A stretch of 64,000 nucleotides of DNA from the human T2T-CHM13v2.0 reference genome, Homo sapiens, in assembly GCF_009914755.1 (NCBI RefSeq), contig NC_060926.1. One strand, given 5' to 3'. Positions 27,566 through 43,370 of this stretch are shown piece after piece (the first letter of the stretch is position 1; every line of letters starts with the position of its first letter). Made by a program: the position numbers and the translations under genes. A model generated the notes under the pieces. The model saw only the letters and a program-made list of their open reading frames with translations, was not told the DNA's origin and searched no databases.

Positions 27566-30500
27566 ATGGAATCTTCATTGAATGGACTCGAATGGAATCA
27601 TCATCAAATGGAATCTAATCGAATCATCAGTGAAGGGAATCGAATGGAATCATCATCGAATGGAATCGAATGGAATCATCAACAAGTGGAAACGAATGAA
27701 ATCATCGAATGGAATCGAATGGTGTCATCGAATGGACACGAAAGGAATCATCGAATGGAATCAAATGGAATCAACATCGAATGGAATCCAATGCAATCAC
27801 CATCGAATGGAATGTTATGAAATCATCTCATGGACTCGAAGGGAATCATCATCGAATGGAATCGAATGGAATCATTGAATGCAATTGAATGGAATCATCA
27901 TCAAATGGAATCGAATGGAATCATCGAATGGAATCTGAATGGAATCATGAATGAATGGAATCAAATGGAATCATCTAATGGACGTGAAAGGAATCATCAT
28001 CGAAAGCAATGAAATGTAATTCAATCGAATGGACATGAATGGAATCATCATTGAATGGAATCAAATGGAATCCTCATCGAATGGAATCGAATGGAATCAT
28101 CAAATGGAATAGAATGGAGTCATCGTCGAATGTAATCGAATGTAATCATCGAATGGCATCGAATGGAATCATCAACTGGAAAAGAATGGAATCATCATCG
28201 AATGGAAATGAATAGAATCACAGAATGAAATCGAATGGAATCATCATCGAATGGAGTCTAATGGAATAATCATCGAATGGAATAGAATGGAATCATCGAG
28301 TGGACACGAATGGAATCATCATTGAATGGAATCGAATAGAATCATCAAATGGACTTGAATGGAAACAACATCGAATGCAATCGAATTTAGACATTGAATG
28401 GCATTGAGTGGAATCATAATTGAATGGAATCTAAAGAAATCCTCGAATGGACTGGAGTGGAATCATCGAATGGACACGAGGGGAATCATCATCGAATGGA
28501 ATCGACTGTAATCATCGATTGGACTCGAATGGAATCATCATTGAATGGAATCGAATGGAATCAACGAATGGACTCGAATAGAATCATCATCGAATGGAAT
28601 CGAATGGAATCAAAGAATGGACTCTAATGGAGTCATCATCAAATGGAATCTAATGGAATCATCTAATGGACCTGAAAGGAATCATCATTGAATGGAATCG
28701 AATGGAATCATCGAATGGACTCGAATGGAATCATCATCGAATGGAATCTAATGGAATCATTGAATGGACTCGAATGGAATAATCGAATGGGTTTGAGTGG
28801 AAACATCATCAAATGGAATCGAATGGAATCATGAAATGGACTGGAATGGAATCACGGTCAAATGGAATCGAATGGAATCATCATCAAAGGGAATCGAATG
28901 GAATCCTCATCGAATGGAATCGAACGGAATCATCATCGAATGGAATCACCAAATTGAATCGAAAGGAATGATGGTCAAAGACAATCGAAGGGAAACATCG
29001 AATGGGATTGAACGGAGTCATCGAATGGAATCGATAGGAATCATCGAATGGATTCAAATGGAATCATCATCGAATGGAAACGAACGGAATCATCGAATGG
29101 ACACGAATGGAATCATCATCAAATAGGATTGAATGGAATCATCAAATGGTATCGAATGGAATCACCACTGAATGGAATCGAATGGAATCATCGAATGGCA
29201 TCGCATGGAATCATCATCGAATAAAATCTAATGGAATAATCGAATGTACTCGAATGGAATCATCAAATGGATTTGAGAGGAATCATCATCGAATGGAATT
29301 GAACAGAATCATCAAATGGACTCGAATGGAATCCTCATTGAATGGAATCGAATGGAATCATTGAATGGAGTCAAATGGAATCATCAGCAAATGGAATCGA
29401 ATGGAATCATTGAATATCAACGAATGGAATCATCATCGAATGGAGTCGAATGGAATCATCAAACGAACTCGAATGCAATCATCATAGAATGGAATCGAAT
29501 GGAATCTTTGAATGGACCTAAATGGAATCTTCATCGAATGCAAACGAATGGAATCATCATCAAATGGAATCACATGGAATCATCAAACGGAAAAGAATTG
29601 AATAATCATAGAAAGGTATTGAATAGAATCATCGAATGAAAACGAATGGAATCATCATCGAATGGAATCGAATGGAATCATCATCGAATGCAATTGAATG
29701 GAATCATCATCGAATGAATCGAATGGAAACACCAACGAATGGAATTCAAAGGAATCATCTTCGAATGGAACCAAATAGAATCATCAAATGGACTCGAAAG
29801 GAATCATCGAATGGACTCGAATGGAGTTGTCATCGAATGGAATCAAATGGAATCATCGAACAGAATTGAATCGAATCCTCATTGAATGAAATCAAATGGA
29901 ATCATCGAATGGACTCGAATGGAAGCAATATCAAATGGAATCGAAAGTAATCATGGAATGCATTCAAAGGGAATAATCAAATGGACTCAAATGGAATCAA
30001 CATCAAGTGGAATCGAAAGGAATCATCGAATTGACAGGAATGGAATCATCATCGAATGGAATCGAATGGGATCATCGAAAGGACTCGAATCAAATCTTCA
30101 AAAGTACTCAAAGGGAATCATTGTAGAATGGAAATGAATAGATTCATCAGACAGCCTCGAATGGAAACATCATTGAATGGAATTGATTGGAAACATCGAA
30201 TTCACTCGAATGGAATCATCATCTGATGGAATTCAAGGGAATCATCGAATGGACACAAATGGAATCATCATCAAATGGAATCCATTGGAACGATCGAATG
30301 GAATCGCATGGAATTATCAAATGGAATCGAATGGAATCAAATGGAATCATCGAATGGAATCGAATGCAATCATCATTGAATGGAATCGAATGGAATCATC
30401 GAATGGTATCCAAAGGAATCAGCATTGAATGCCCTCGCATGGAATCATCATCATATAGAGTAGAAAGGAATCATTGAATGGACTCGAATGGAACCATCAT

Positions 30501-32236
30501 TGAATGGAAACACCAAATGGAATCAAATGGAATCATCATCAAATGAAATCAAACGGAATCATCAAATGGAATCGAATGGAATCATCATTGAATGGACTCG
30601 AATAGAATCTTTCAATGAAATTGAATGGAATCAGCATGAAATGGAATCTAAAGGAATCATAGAATGGTATCGAATGGAATCATCATCGAATGGAATGGAA
30701 TGGAACGGAATGGAATCAGCATCGAATGGAATCAAAAGCAATGATTCAATGGACTCTAATAGAATCAGCGAATAGACTTGAATGTAATCATCATCGAATG
30801 GAGAAGAATGGAATCATCCAATGGACACAAATGGAATCATCCTCGAATGCAATCGAATGGAATCATATAATGGACCCGAATGGAATCATCATTGAATGGA
30901 ATAGAATGGAATCGTCATCGAATCGAATCGTATGGAATCATCTAATGAACCCGAATGGAATCATCGTCGAAATGAATAGAATGCAATCATCATCAAATGG
31001 AATCGAATGGAATCACCATCAAATAGAATCGAATGGAATCATCAAATGGAATCGAATGGAGTCATTGTCTAATGCAATCGAATGAAATCATAGAATGGAA
31101 TCCCATGGAATCAACATCGAATGGAATCGATTGGAATCATTATCAAATAGAATTGAATGGAATCACTGAATGGAATCATCATCAAATGGACTCCAACGGA
31201 ATCATCGAATTGACTCTAATGGAATCATCACTGAATGGAACAGAAAGGAATAATCAAATGGAAACGAATGGAATCATCATCGAATGGAATCGAATGGTAT
31301 CATCAAATGCACTTGAATGGAATCATCAATGAATGGAATCGAATGGTATAATCGAATGGAATCAAATGGAATCATCTTCGAGTGGAACCTAAAGGAATCG
31401 CCAAATGGACTCCAATGGAATAATCATCGTATGGAATCGAGTGGAATCATCGAATGTACTCGAATGGAATCATCGAATGTACTCGAATGGAATCATCGAA
31501 TGGAATCGAATGGAATCATGGTCGAACGGAAAAGAATGGAATCATCAAGTGGACACGAATGGAATCAACATCTAATGGAATGGAATGGAATCATCAAATG
31601 GAATGGAATGGAATCATCATCGAATGGAATAAAATGGAATCATCAAATGGAATCAAATGGAATCATCAATGAATGGAATCGAATGGTATCATGGAATGGA
31701 ATTGAATGGAATCGTCTTTGAGTGGAATCTAAAGGAATCACCGAATGGACTCCAATCATCAGATGGAATCGAGTGGAATCATCGAATGTAGTCGAATGCA
31801 ATCATCATCGAATGGAATTGAATGGAATCAACGAATGGAATACAAAGGAATCATAGAATGGACTCGAATGGAATCATCATTGAATGGAATGAAATGGAAT
31901 CATCATGGAATGGAATTGAATGGAATCATCGAATGGACTCGAAAGGAATTATGCTCGAATGGAGTCTAATGGAATCATCAAATGGACTCAAATGGAATCA
32001 TCATCGAATGAAATCGTATGGAATCATCGAATGCAACTGAATGGAATCATTGAATGGACTTGAAAGGAATTATTACGGAATGGAATTGAATGGAATCATT
32101 GAATGGACTTGAAAGGAATCATCATCAAGTAGAATCGAATGGAATCGTTGAATGGACTCGAATTGAATCTTTGAATGGAATCGAATGGAATCATCATTGA
32201 ATGGAGTCAAATGGAATCATCATCAAATGGAATTGA
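27566..32236 (+). repeat. Higher-order unit U5, variant D' (4,671 bp; A-type first ~65-150 bp)
   Basis: Constant 4,671-bp offset to U4 for all landmarks. The 5' end has A-type GGACTCG and CATCAGTG instead of the D-type TTTACTCG and CATCAATG. Confidence 0.9.
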
Positions 32237-35200
32237 ATGGAATCTTCATTGAATGGACTCGAATGGAATCATCATCAAATGGAATCTAATCGAATCATCA
32301 GTGAAGGGAATCGAATGGAATCATCATCGAATGGAATCGAATGGAATCATCAACAAGTGGAAACGAATGAAATCATCGAATGGAATCCAATGGTGTCATC
32401 GAATGGACACGAAAGGAATCATCGAATGGAATCAAATGGAATCACCATCAAATGGAATCGAATGGAATCACCATCGAATGGAATGTTATGAAATCATCTC
32501 ATGGACTCGAAGGGAATCATCATCGAATGGAATCGAATGGAATCATTGAATGAAATGGAAAGGAATCACCATCGAATGGAATGTTATGGAATCTTCTAAT
32601 GGACTCGAAGGGAATCATCATCGAATGGAATCGAATGGAATCATTGAATGCAATTGAATGGAATCATCATCAAATGGAATCGAATGGAATCATCGAATGG
32701 AATCTGAATGGAATCATGAATGAAATGAATCAAATGGAATCATCTAATGGACGTGAAAGGAATCATCATCGAAAGCAATGAAATGTAATTCAATCGAATG
32801 GACATGAATGGAATCATCATTGAATGGAATCAAATGGAATCCTCATCGAATGGAATCGAATGGAATCATCAAATGGAATAGAATGGAGTCATCGTCGAAT
32901 GTAATCGAATGTAATCATCGAATGGCATCGAATGGAATCATCGACTGGAAAAGAATGGAATCATCATCGAATGGAAATGAATAGAATCACAGAATGAAAT
33001 CGAATAGAATCATCATCGAATGGAGTCTAATGGAATAATCATCGAATGGAATAGAATGGAATCATCGAGTGGACACGAATGGAATCATCATTGAATGGAA
33101 TCGAATAGAATCATCAAATGGACTTGAATGGAAACAACATCGAATGGAATCGAATTTAGTCATTGAATTGCATTGAGTGGAATCATAATTGAATGGAATC
33201 TAAGGAAATCCTCGAATGGACTGGAGTGGAATCATCGAATGGACTCGAGGGGAATCATCATCGAATGGAATCGACTGTAATCATCGATTGGACTCGAATG
33301 GAATCATCATTGAATGGAATCGAATGGAATCAATGAATGGACTCGAATAGAATCATCATCGAATGGAATCGAATGGAATCAAAGAATGGACTCTAATGGA
33401 GTCATCATCAAATGGAATCTAATGGAATCATCTAATGGACCTGAAAGGAATCATCATTGAATGGAATCGAATGGAATCATCGAATGGACTCAAATGGAAT
33501 CATCATCGAATGGAATCTAATGGAATCATTGAATGGACTCGAATGGAATAATCGAATGGGCTTGAGTGGAATCATCATCAAATGGAATCGAATGGAATCA
33601 TCAAATGGACTCGAATGGAATCATCGTCAAATGGAATCGAATGGAATCATCATCAAAGGGAATCGAATGGAATCCTCATCGAATGGAATCGAACGGAATC
33701 ATCATCGAATGGAATCACCAAATTGAATCGAATGGAATGATCATCAAAGACAATCGAAGGGAAACATCGAATGGGATTGAACGGAGTCATCGAATGGAAT
33801 CGATAGGAATCATCGAATGGATTCAAATGGAATCATCATTGAATGGAAACGAACGGAATCATCGAATGGACACGAATGGAATCATCATCAAATAGGATTG
33901 AATGGAATCATCAAATGGCATCGAATGGAATCACCATTGAATGGAATCGAATGGAATCATCGAATGCCATCGAATGAAATCATCATCGAATAAAATCAAA
34001 TGGAATAATCGAATGTACTCGAATGGAATCATCAAATGGATTTGAGAGGAATCATCATCGAATGGAATTGAACAGAATCATCAAATGGACTCGAATGGAA
34101 TCCTCATTGAATGGAATCGAATGGAATCATTGAATGGAGTCCAATGGAATCATCAGCAAATGGAATCTAATGGAATCATTGAATATCAACGAATGGAATC
34201 ATCATCGAATGGAGTCGAATGGAATCATCAAATGAACTCGAATGCAATCATCATAGAATGGAATCGAATGGAATCTTTGAATGGAAATGAATGGAATCAT
34301 CATCGTATGCAAACGAACGGAATCATCATCAAAAGGAATCACATGGAATCGTCAAATGGAAAAGAATTGAATAATCATAGAAAGAAATTGAATAGAATCA
34401 TCGAATGAAACCGAATGGAATCATCATCAAAAGGAATCACATGGAATCGTCAAATGGAAAAGAATTGAATAATCATAGAAAGGAATTGAATAGAATCATC
34501 GAATGAAACCGAATAGAATCATCATCGAATGGAATCGAATTGAATCATCATCGAATGAATCGAATGGAATCACCAACGAATGGAATTCAAAGGAATCATC
34601 ATCGAATGGAACCAAATAGAATCATCAAATGGACTCGAAAGGAATCATCGAATGGACTCGAATGGAGTTGTCATCGAATGGAATCAAATGGAATCATCGA
34701 ACAGATTTGAATCGAATCATCATTGAATGAAATCAAATGGAGTCATCGAATGGAATCGAATGGAAGCAATATCAAATGGAATCGAAATGAATCATGGAAT
34801 GCATTCAAAGGGAATAATCAAATGGACTCAAATGGAATCAACATCAAGTGGAATCGAAAGGTATCATCGAATGGACCGGAATGGAATCATCATCGAATGG
34901 AATGGAATGGAATTATCGAATGGACTTGAATGGAATCTCTATCTAATGGAACCGAATGGAATCATCATGGAATGGAACCGGAAGGAGTCATCATCAAATG
35001 GAATCCAATGACATCATTGAATGGACTCGAATGGAATCATCATCAACTGGAATTGAATGGAATCATCGAACGGACTCCAGTGGAATCATCGGAGAATGGA
35101 ATCGAATGGAATTATCAAACGGACTCGAATGGAATAAACTTTGAATGGAATCGAAGGGAATCATCAAATGGAATCGAATGCAATCATCGAACAGAATCGA

Positions 35201-38200
35201 ATGCCATCAACGAATGGAATCCAATGGAATCACCATTGAATGGACTCGAATGGAATCATCATTGAATGGAATCGAATGGAATCATCGAATGGACTCGAAT
35301 GGAATCATCATCGATTGGAATCAAATGGAATCATCGAATGGAATCGAAAGGAATCATCATCAACTGTAATGAACTGGAATCACTGAATGGAATCGAATGG
35401 AATCATCATCAAAAATAATCGAATAGAATAATCAAATGGAATCAAATGCAATCAACATCAAATGGAATCGAATGGAATCCTAGAATGACATCGAATGGAA
35501 TCCTCATCGAATGGAATCAAAGGGAATCAATATCGAATGGAATCGAAAGCAATCACTGAATGGACTTGAATACAATCATCAAATGGATTTGAAGGGAATC
35601 CTCATTGAATGGAATAGAACAAAAACATTGAATGGACACGAATGGAATCATCATCGAATGGAATCAAATGGAGTCATCAAATGGACTCGAATGGAATCAT
35701 CATCAAATGGGATCATCATCAAATGGAATCGAATGGAGTCATCGAATGGACACGAATGAATGAACAAGTGGACTCGAATGGAAACATCAAACAGAATCGA
35801 ATGGAATCATCGAAAGTAATTGAATGGAATTATTGAATGGACTCGAATGGAATCATCTAATGGACACGAATGGAATAATCATAAAATGGAATCGAATGGA
35901 ATCATCAAATGGACTCGAATGAATGGAATCATTGAATGGACTCGAATGGAATCATCGAATGGACTCAAATGGAATCATCATCAAATGGAATCGAATGGAA
36001 TCATTGAATGGAGTCGAATGGAATCATCACATGGAATCAAACCGAATCGTCATCGAATGGAATCGAATGGAATCATCGAATGGAATTGAAGGCAATCATC
36101 ATCGAATGGAATCGAATGGAATCATCATCAAATGGAATCAAGCGGAAGGAATCATCAAATGGAATCAAATGGAATCATTGTTGAATGGAATGGAATGGAA
36201 TCATTGAATGGAATTGAATGGGATCACCAATGAACGGAATCAAATGGAATCATCTTCTAATGGAATCGAAAGGAATCATCAAATACACTCGAATGGAATC
36301 ATCATCGAATGGAATCGTGTGGAATCGTCGAATGAACTGGAAATGAATCATAATCAAATGCATTTAAAATGAATCATCATCGAAAGGAATCACATGGAAT
36401 CATCATCGAATGGAATCATACGGAAACATCACAGAATGGAATTGAATGGAATCACCAGTTGGACTCGAATGGAATCATCAAATGTACTCGAAGGGACGCG
36501 TCAAATGGACTCGAACGGAATCATCCTCGAATGGAATCGAATGGGATCATCGAAAGGACTCGAATCAAATCTTCAAAAGGACTCAAAGGGAATCATTGTA
36601 GAATGGAAATGAATAGAGTCATCAGACAGCCTCGAATGGAAGCATCATTGAATGGAATTGATTGGAAACATCGAATTCACTCGAATGGAATCATCATCTG
36701 ATGGAATTGAATGGAATCATCGAATGGACACAAATGGAATCATCATCAAATGGAATCCATTGGAACGATCGAATGGAATCGCATGGAATTATCAAATGGA
36801 ATCGAATGGAATCATCTTTGAATGGAATCAAATGGAATCATCGAATGGAATCGAATGCAATCATCATTGAATGGAATCGAATGGAATCATCGAATGGTAT
36901 CCAAAGGAATCACCATTGAATGCCCTCGCATGGAATCATCATCATATAGAGTAGAAAGGAATCCTTGAATGGACTCGAATGGAACCATCATTGAATGGAA
37001 TCACCAAATGGAATCAAATGGAATCATCATCAAATGAAATCAAACGGAATCATCAAATGTAATCGAATGGAATCATCATTGAATGGATTCGAATAGAATC
37101 TTTCAAGGAAATTGAATGGAATCAGCATGAAATGGAATCTAAAGGAATCATAGAATGGTATCGAATGGAATCATCATCGAATGGAATGGAATGGAATGGA
37201 ACCAGCATCGAATGGAATCAAAAGCAATCATTCAATGGACTCTAATAGAATCAGCGAATAGACTTGAATGTAATCATCATCGAATGGAGAAGAATGGAAT
37301 CATCCAATGGACACGAATGGAATCATCCTCGAATGCAATCGAATGGAATCATATAATGGACCCGAATGGAATCATCATTGCATGGAATAGAATGGAATCG
37401 TCATCGAATGGAATCGTATGGAATCATCTAATGAACCCGAATGGAATCATCGTCGAAATGAATAGAATGCAATCATCATCAAATGGAATCGAATGGAATC
37501 ATCATCAAATAGAATCGAATGGAATCATCAAATGGAATCGAATGGAGTCATTGTCTAATGCAATCGAATGAAATCATAGAATGGAATCCCATGGAATCAA
37601 CATCGAATGGAATCGATTGGAATCATTATCAAATAGAATTGAATGGAATCACTGAATGGAATCATCATCAAATGGACTCCAACGGAATCATCGAATTGAC
37701 TCTAATGGAATCATCACTGAATGGAATAGAATGGAATAATCAAATGGAAACGAATGGAATCATCATCGAATGGAATCGAATGGTATCATCAAATGCACTT
37801 GAATGGAATCATCAATGAATGCAATCGAATGGTATAATCGAATGGAATCAAATGGAATCATCTTCGAGTGGAACCTAAAGGAATCGCCAAATGGACTCCA
37901 ATGGAATAATCATCGTATGGAATCGAGTGGAATCATCGAATGTACTCGAATGGAATCATTGAATGGAATCGAATGGAATCATGGTCGAACGGAAAAGAAT
38001 GGAATCATCAAGTGGACACGAATGGAATCAACATCTAATGGAATGGAATGGAATCATCAAATGGAATGGAATGGAATCATCATCGAATGGAATAAAATGG
38101 AATCATCAAATGGAATCAAATGGAATCATCAATGAATGGAATCGAATGGTATCATGGAATGGAATTGAATGGAATCGTCTTTGAGTGGAATCTAAAGGAA

Positions 38201-38699
38201 TCACCGAATGGACTCCAATCATCAGATGGAATCGAGTGGAATCATCGAATGTAGTCGAATGCAATCATCATCGAATGGAATTGAATGGAATAAACGAATG
38301 GAATACAAAGGAATCATAGAATGGACTCGAAAGGAATCATCATTGAATGGCATGAAATGGAATCATCATGGAATGGAATTGAATGGAATCATCGAATGGA
38401 CTCGAAAGGAATTATGCTCGAATGGAATCTAATGGAATCATCAAATGGACTCAAATGGAATCATCATCGAATGAAATCGTATGGAATCATCGAATGCAAC
38501 TGAATGGAATCATTGAATGGACTTGAAAGGAATTATTATGGAATGGAATTGAATGGAATCATTGAATGGACTTGAAAAGAATCATCATCAAGTGGAATCG
38601 AATGGAATCGTTGAATGGACTCGAATTGAATCTTTGAATGGAATCGAATGGAATCATCATTGAATGGAGTCAAATGGAATCATCATCAAATGGAATTGA
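32237..38699 (+). repeat. Higher-order unit U6, chimeric A/C variant (6,463 bp)
   Basis: The 5' part matches U8 at offset 11,134 (32237/43371, 34723/45857). The 3' part matches U3 at offset 15,805 (19125/34930, 22516/38321). Confidence 0.9.
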
Positions 38700-41600
38700 A
38701 TGGAATCTTCATTGAATTTACTCGAATGGAATCATCATCAAATGGAATCTAATCGAATCATCAATGAAGGGAATCGAATGGAATCATCATCGAATGGAAT
38801 CGAATGGAATCATCAACAAGTGGAAACGAATGAAATCATCGAATGGAATCGAATGGTGTCATCGAATGGACACGAAAGGAATCATCGAATGGAATCAAAT
38901 GGAATCAACATCGAATGGAATCCAATGCAATCACCATCGAATGGAATGTTATGAAATCATCTCATGGACTCGAAGGGAATCATCATCGAATGGAATCGAA
39001 TGGAATCATTGAATGCAATTGAATGGAATCATCATCAAATGGAATCGAATGGAATCATCGAATGGAATCTGAATGGAATCATGAATGAATGGAATCAAAT
39101 GGAATCATCTAATGGACGTGAAAGGAATCATCATCGAAAGCAATGAAATGTAATTCAATCGAATGGACATGAATGGAATCATCATTGAATGGAATCAAAT
39201 GGAATCCTCATCGAATGGAATCGAATGGAATCATCAAATGGAATAGAATGGAGTCATCGTCGAATGTAATCGAATGTAATCATCGAATGGCATCGAATGG
39301 AATCATCAACTGGAAAAGAATGGAATCATCATCGAATGGAAATGAATAGAATCACAGAATGAAATCGAATGGAATCATCATCGAATGGAGTCTAATGGAA
39401 TAATCATCGAATGGAATAGAATGGAATCATCGAGTGGACACGAATGGAATCATCATTGAATGGAATCGAATAGAATCATCAAATGGACTTGAATGGAAAC
39501 AACATCGAATGCAATCGAATTTAGACATTGAATGGCATTGAGTGGAATCATAATTGAATGGAATCTAAAGAAATCCTCGAATGGACTGGAGTGGAATCAT
39601 CGAATGGACACGAGGGGAATCATCATCGAATGGAATCGACTGTAATCATCGATTGGACTCGAATGGAATCATCATTGAATGGAATCGAATGGAATCAACG
39701 AATGGACTCGAATAGAATCATCATCGAATGGAATCGAATGGAATCAAAGAATGGACTCTAATGGAGTCATCATCAAATGGAATCTAATGGAATCATCTAA
39801 TGGACCTGAAAGGAATCATCATTGAATGGAATCGAATGGAATCATCGAATGGACTCGAATGGAATCATCATCGAATGGAATCTAATGGAATCATTGAATG
39901 GACTCGAATGGAATAATCGAATGGGTTTGAGTGGAAACATCATCAAATGGAATCGAATGGAATCATGAAATGGACTGGAATGGAATCACGGTCAAATGGA
40001 ATCGAATGGAATCATCATCAAAGGGAATCGAATGGAATCCTCATCGAATGGAATCGAACGGAATCATCATCGAATGGAATCACCAAATTGAATCGAAAGG
40101 AATGATGGTCAAAGACAATCGAAGGGAAACATCGAATGGGATTGAACGGAGTCATCGAATGGAATCGATAGGAATCATCGAATGGATTCAAATGGAATCA
40201 TCATCGAATGGAAACGAACGGAATCATCGAATGGACACGAATGGAATCATCATCAAATAGGATTGAATGGAATCATCAAATGGTATCGAATGGAATCACC
40301 ACTGAATGGAATCGAATGGAATCATCGAATGGCATCGCATGGAATCATCATCGAATAAAATCTAATGGAATAATCGAATGTACTCGAATGGAATCATCAA
40401 ATGGATTTGAGAGGAATCATCATCGAATGGAATTGAACAGAATCATCAAATGGACTCGAATGGAATCCTCATTGAATGGAATCGAATGGAATCATTGAAT
40501 GGAGGCAAATGGAATCATCAGCAAATGGAATCGAATGGAATCATTGAATATCAACGAATGGAATCATCATCGAATGGAGTCGAATGGAATCATCAAACGA
40601 ACTCGAATGCAATCATCATAGAATGGAATCGAATGGAATCTTTGAATGGACCTAAATGGAATCTTCATCGAATGCAAACGAATGGAATCATCATCAAATG
40701 GAATCACATGGAATCATCAAACGGAAAAGAATTGAATAATCATAGAAAGGTATTGAATAGAATCATCGAATGAAAACGAATGGAATCATCATCGAATGGA
40801 ATCGAATGGAATCATCATCGAATGCAATTGAATGGAATCATCATCGAATGAATCGAATGGAAACACCAACGAATGGAATTCAAAGGAATCATCTTCGAAT
40901 GGAACCAAATAGAATCATCAAATGGACTCGAAAGGAATCATCGAATGGACTCGAATGGAGTTGTCATCGAATGGAATCAAATGGAATCATCGAACAGAAT
41001 TGAATCGAATCCTCATTGAATGAAATCAAATGGAATCATCGAATGGACTCGAATGGAAGCAATATCAAATGGAATCGAAAGTAATCATGGAATGCATTCA
41101 AAGGGAATAATCAAATGGACTCAAATGGAATCAACATCAAGTGGAATCGAAAGGAATCATCGAATTGACAGGAATGGAATCATCATCGAATGGAATCGAA
41201 TGGGATCATCGAAAGGACTCGAATCAAATCTTCAAAAGTACTCAAAGGGAATCATTGTAGAATGGAAATGAATAGATTCATCAGACAGCCTCGAATGGAA
41301 ACATCATTGAATGGAATTGATTGGAAACATCGAATTCACTCGAATGGAATCATCATCTGATGGAATTCAAGGGAATCATCGAATGGACACAAATGGAATC
41401 ATCATCAAATGGAATCCATTGGAACGATCGAATGGAATCGCATGGAATTATCAAATGGAATCGAATGGAATCAAATGGAATCATCGAATGGAATCGAATG
41501 CAATCATCATTGAATGGAATCGAATGGAATCATCGAATGGTATCCAAAGGAATCAGCATTGAATGCCCTCGCATGGAATCATCATCATATAGAGTAGAAA

Positions 41601-43370
41601 GGAATCATTGAATGGACTCGAATGGAACCATCATTGAATGGAAACACCAAATGGAATCAAATGGAATCATCATCAAATGAAATCAAACGGAATCATCAAA
41701 TGGAATCGAATGGAATCATCATTGAATGGACTCGAATAGAATCTTTCAATGAAATTGAATGGAATCAGCATGAAATGGAATCTAAAGGAATCATAGAATG
41801 GTATCGAATGGAATCATCATCGAATGGAATGGAATGGAACGGAATGGAATCAGCATCGAATGGAATCAAAAGCAATGATTCAATGGACTCTAATAGAATC
41901 AGCGAATAGACTTGAATGTAATCATCATCGAATGGAGAAGAATGGAATCATCCAATGGACACGAATGGAATCATCCTCGAATGCAATCGAATGGAATCAT
42001 ATAATGGACCCGAATGGAATCATCATTGAATGGAATAGAATGGAATCGTCATCGAATCGAATCGTATGGAATCATCTAATGAACCCGAATGGAATCATCG
42101 TCGAAATGAATAGAATGCAATCATCATCAAATGGAATCGAATGGAATCATCATCAAATAGAATCGAATGGAATCATCAAATGGAATCGAATGGAGTCATT
42201 GTCTAATGCAATCGAATGAAATCATAGAATGGAATCCCATGGAATCAACATCGAATGGAATCGATTGGAATCATTATCAAATAGAATTGAATGGAATCAC
42301 TGAATGGAATCATCATCAAATGGACTCCAACGGAATCATCGAATTGACTCTAATGGAATCATCACTGAATGGAACAGAAAGGAATAATCAAATGGAAACG
42401 AATGGAATCATCATCGAATGGAATCGAATGGTATCATCAAATGCACTTGAATGGAATCATCAATGAATGGAATCGAATGGTATAATCGAATGGAATCAAA
42501 TGGAATCATCTTCGAGTGGAACCTAAAGGAATCGCCAAATGGACTCCAATGGAATAATCATCGTATGGAATCGAGTGGAATCATCGAATGTACTCGAATG
42601 GAATCATCGAATGTACTCGAATGGAATCATCGAATGGAATCGAATGGAATCATGGTCGAACGGAAAAGAATGGAATCATCAAGTGGACACGAATGGAATC
42701 AACATCTAATGGAATGGAATGGAATCATCAAATGGAATGGAATGGAATCATCATCGAATGGAATAAAATGGAATCATCAAATGGAATCAAATGGAATCAT
42801 CAATGAATGGAATCGAATGGTATCATGGAATGGAATTGAATGGAATCGTCTTTGAGTGGAATCTAAAGGAATCACCGAATGGACTCCAATCATCAGATGG
42901 AATCGAGTGGAATCATCGAATGTAGTCGAATGCAATCATCATCGAATGGAATTGAATGGAATCAACGAATGGAATACAAAGGAATCATAGAATGGACTCG
43001 AATGGAATCATCATTGAATGGAATGAAATGGAATCATCATGGAATGGAATTGAATGGAATCATCGAATGGACTCGAAAGGAATTATGCTCGAATGGAGTC
43101 TAATGGAATCATCAAATGGACTCAAATGGAATCATCATCGAATGAAATCGTATGGAATCATCGAATGCAACTGAATGGAATCATTGAATGGACTTGAAAG
43201 GAATTATTACGGAATGGAATTGAATGGAATCATTGAATGGACTTGAAAGGAATCATCATCAAGTAGAATCGAATGGAATCGTTGAATGGACTCGAATTGA
43301 ATCTTTGAATGGAATCGAATGGAATCATCATTGAATGGAGTCAAATGGAATCATCATCAAATGGAATTGA
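38700..43370 (+). repeat. Higher-order unit U7, deletion variant D (4,671 bp)
   Basis: Matches U4 at offset 15,805, including the 5' TTTACTCG marker. Confidence 0.92.
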
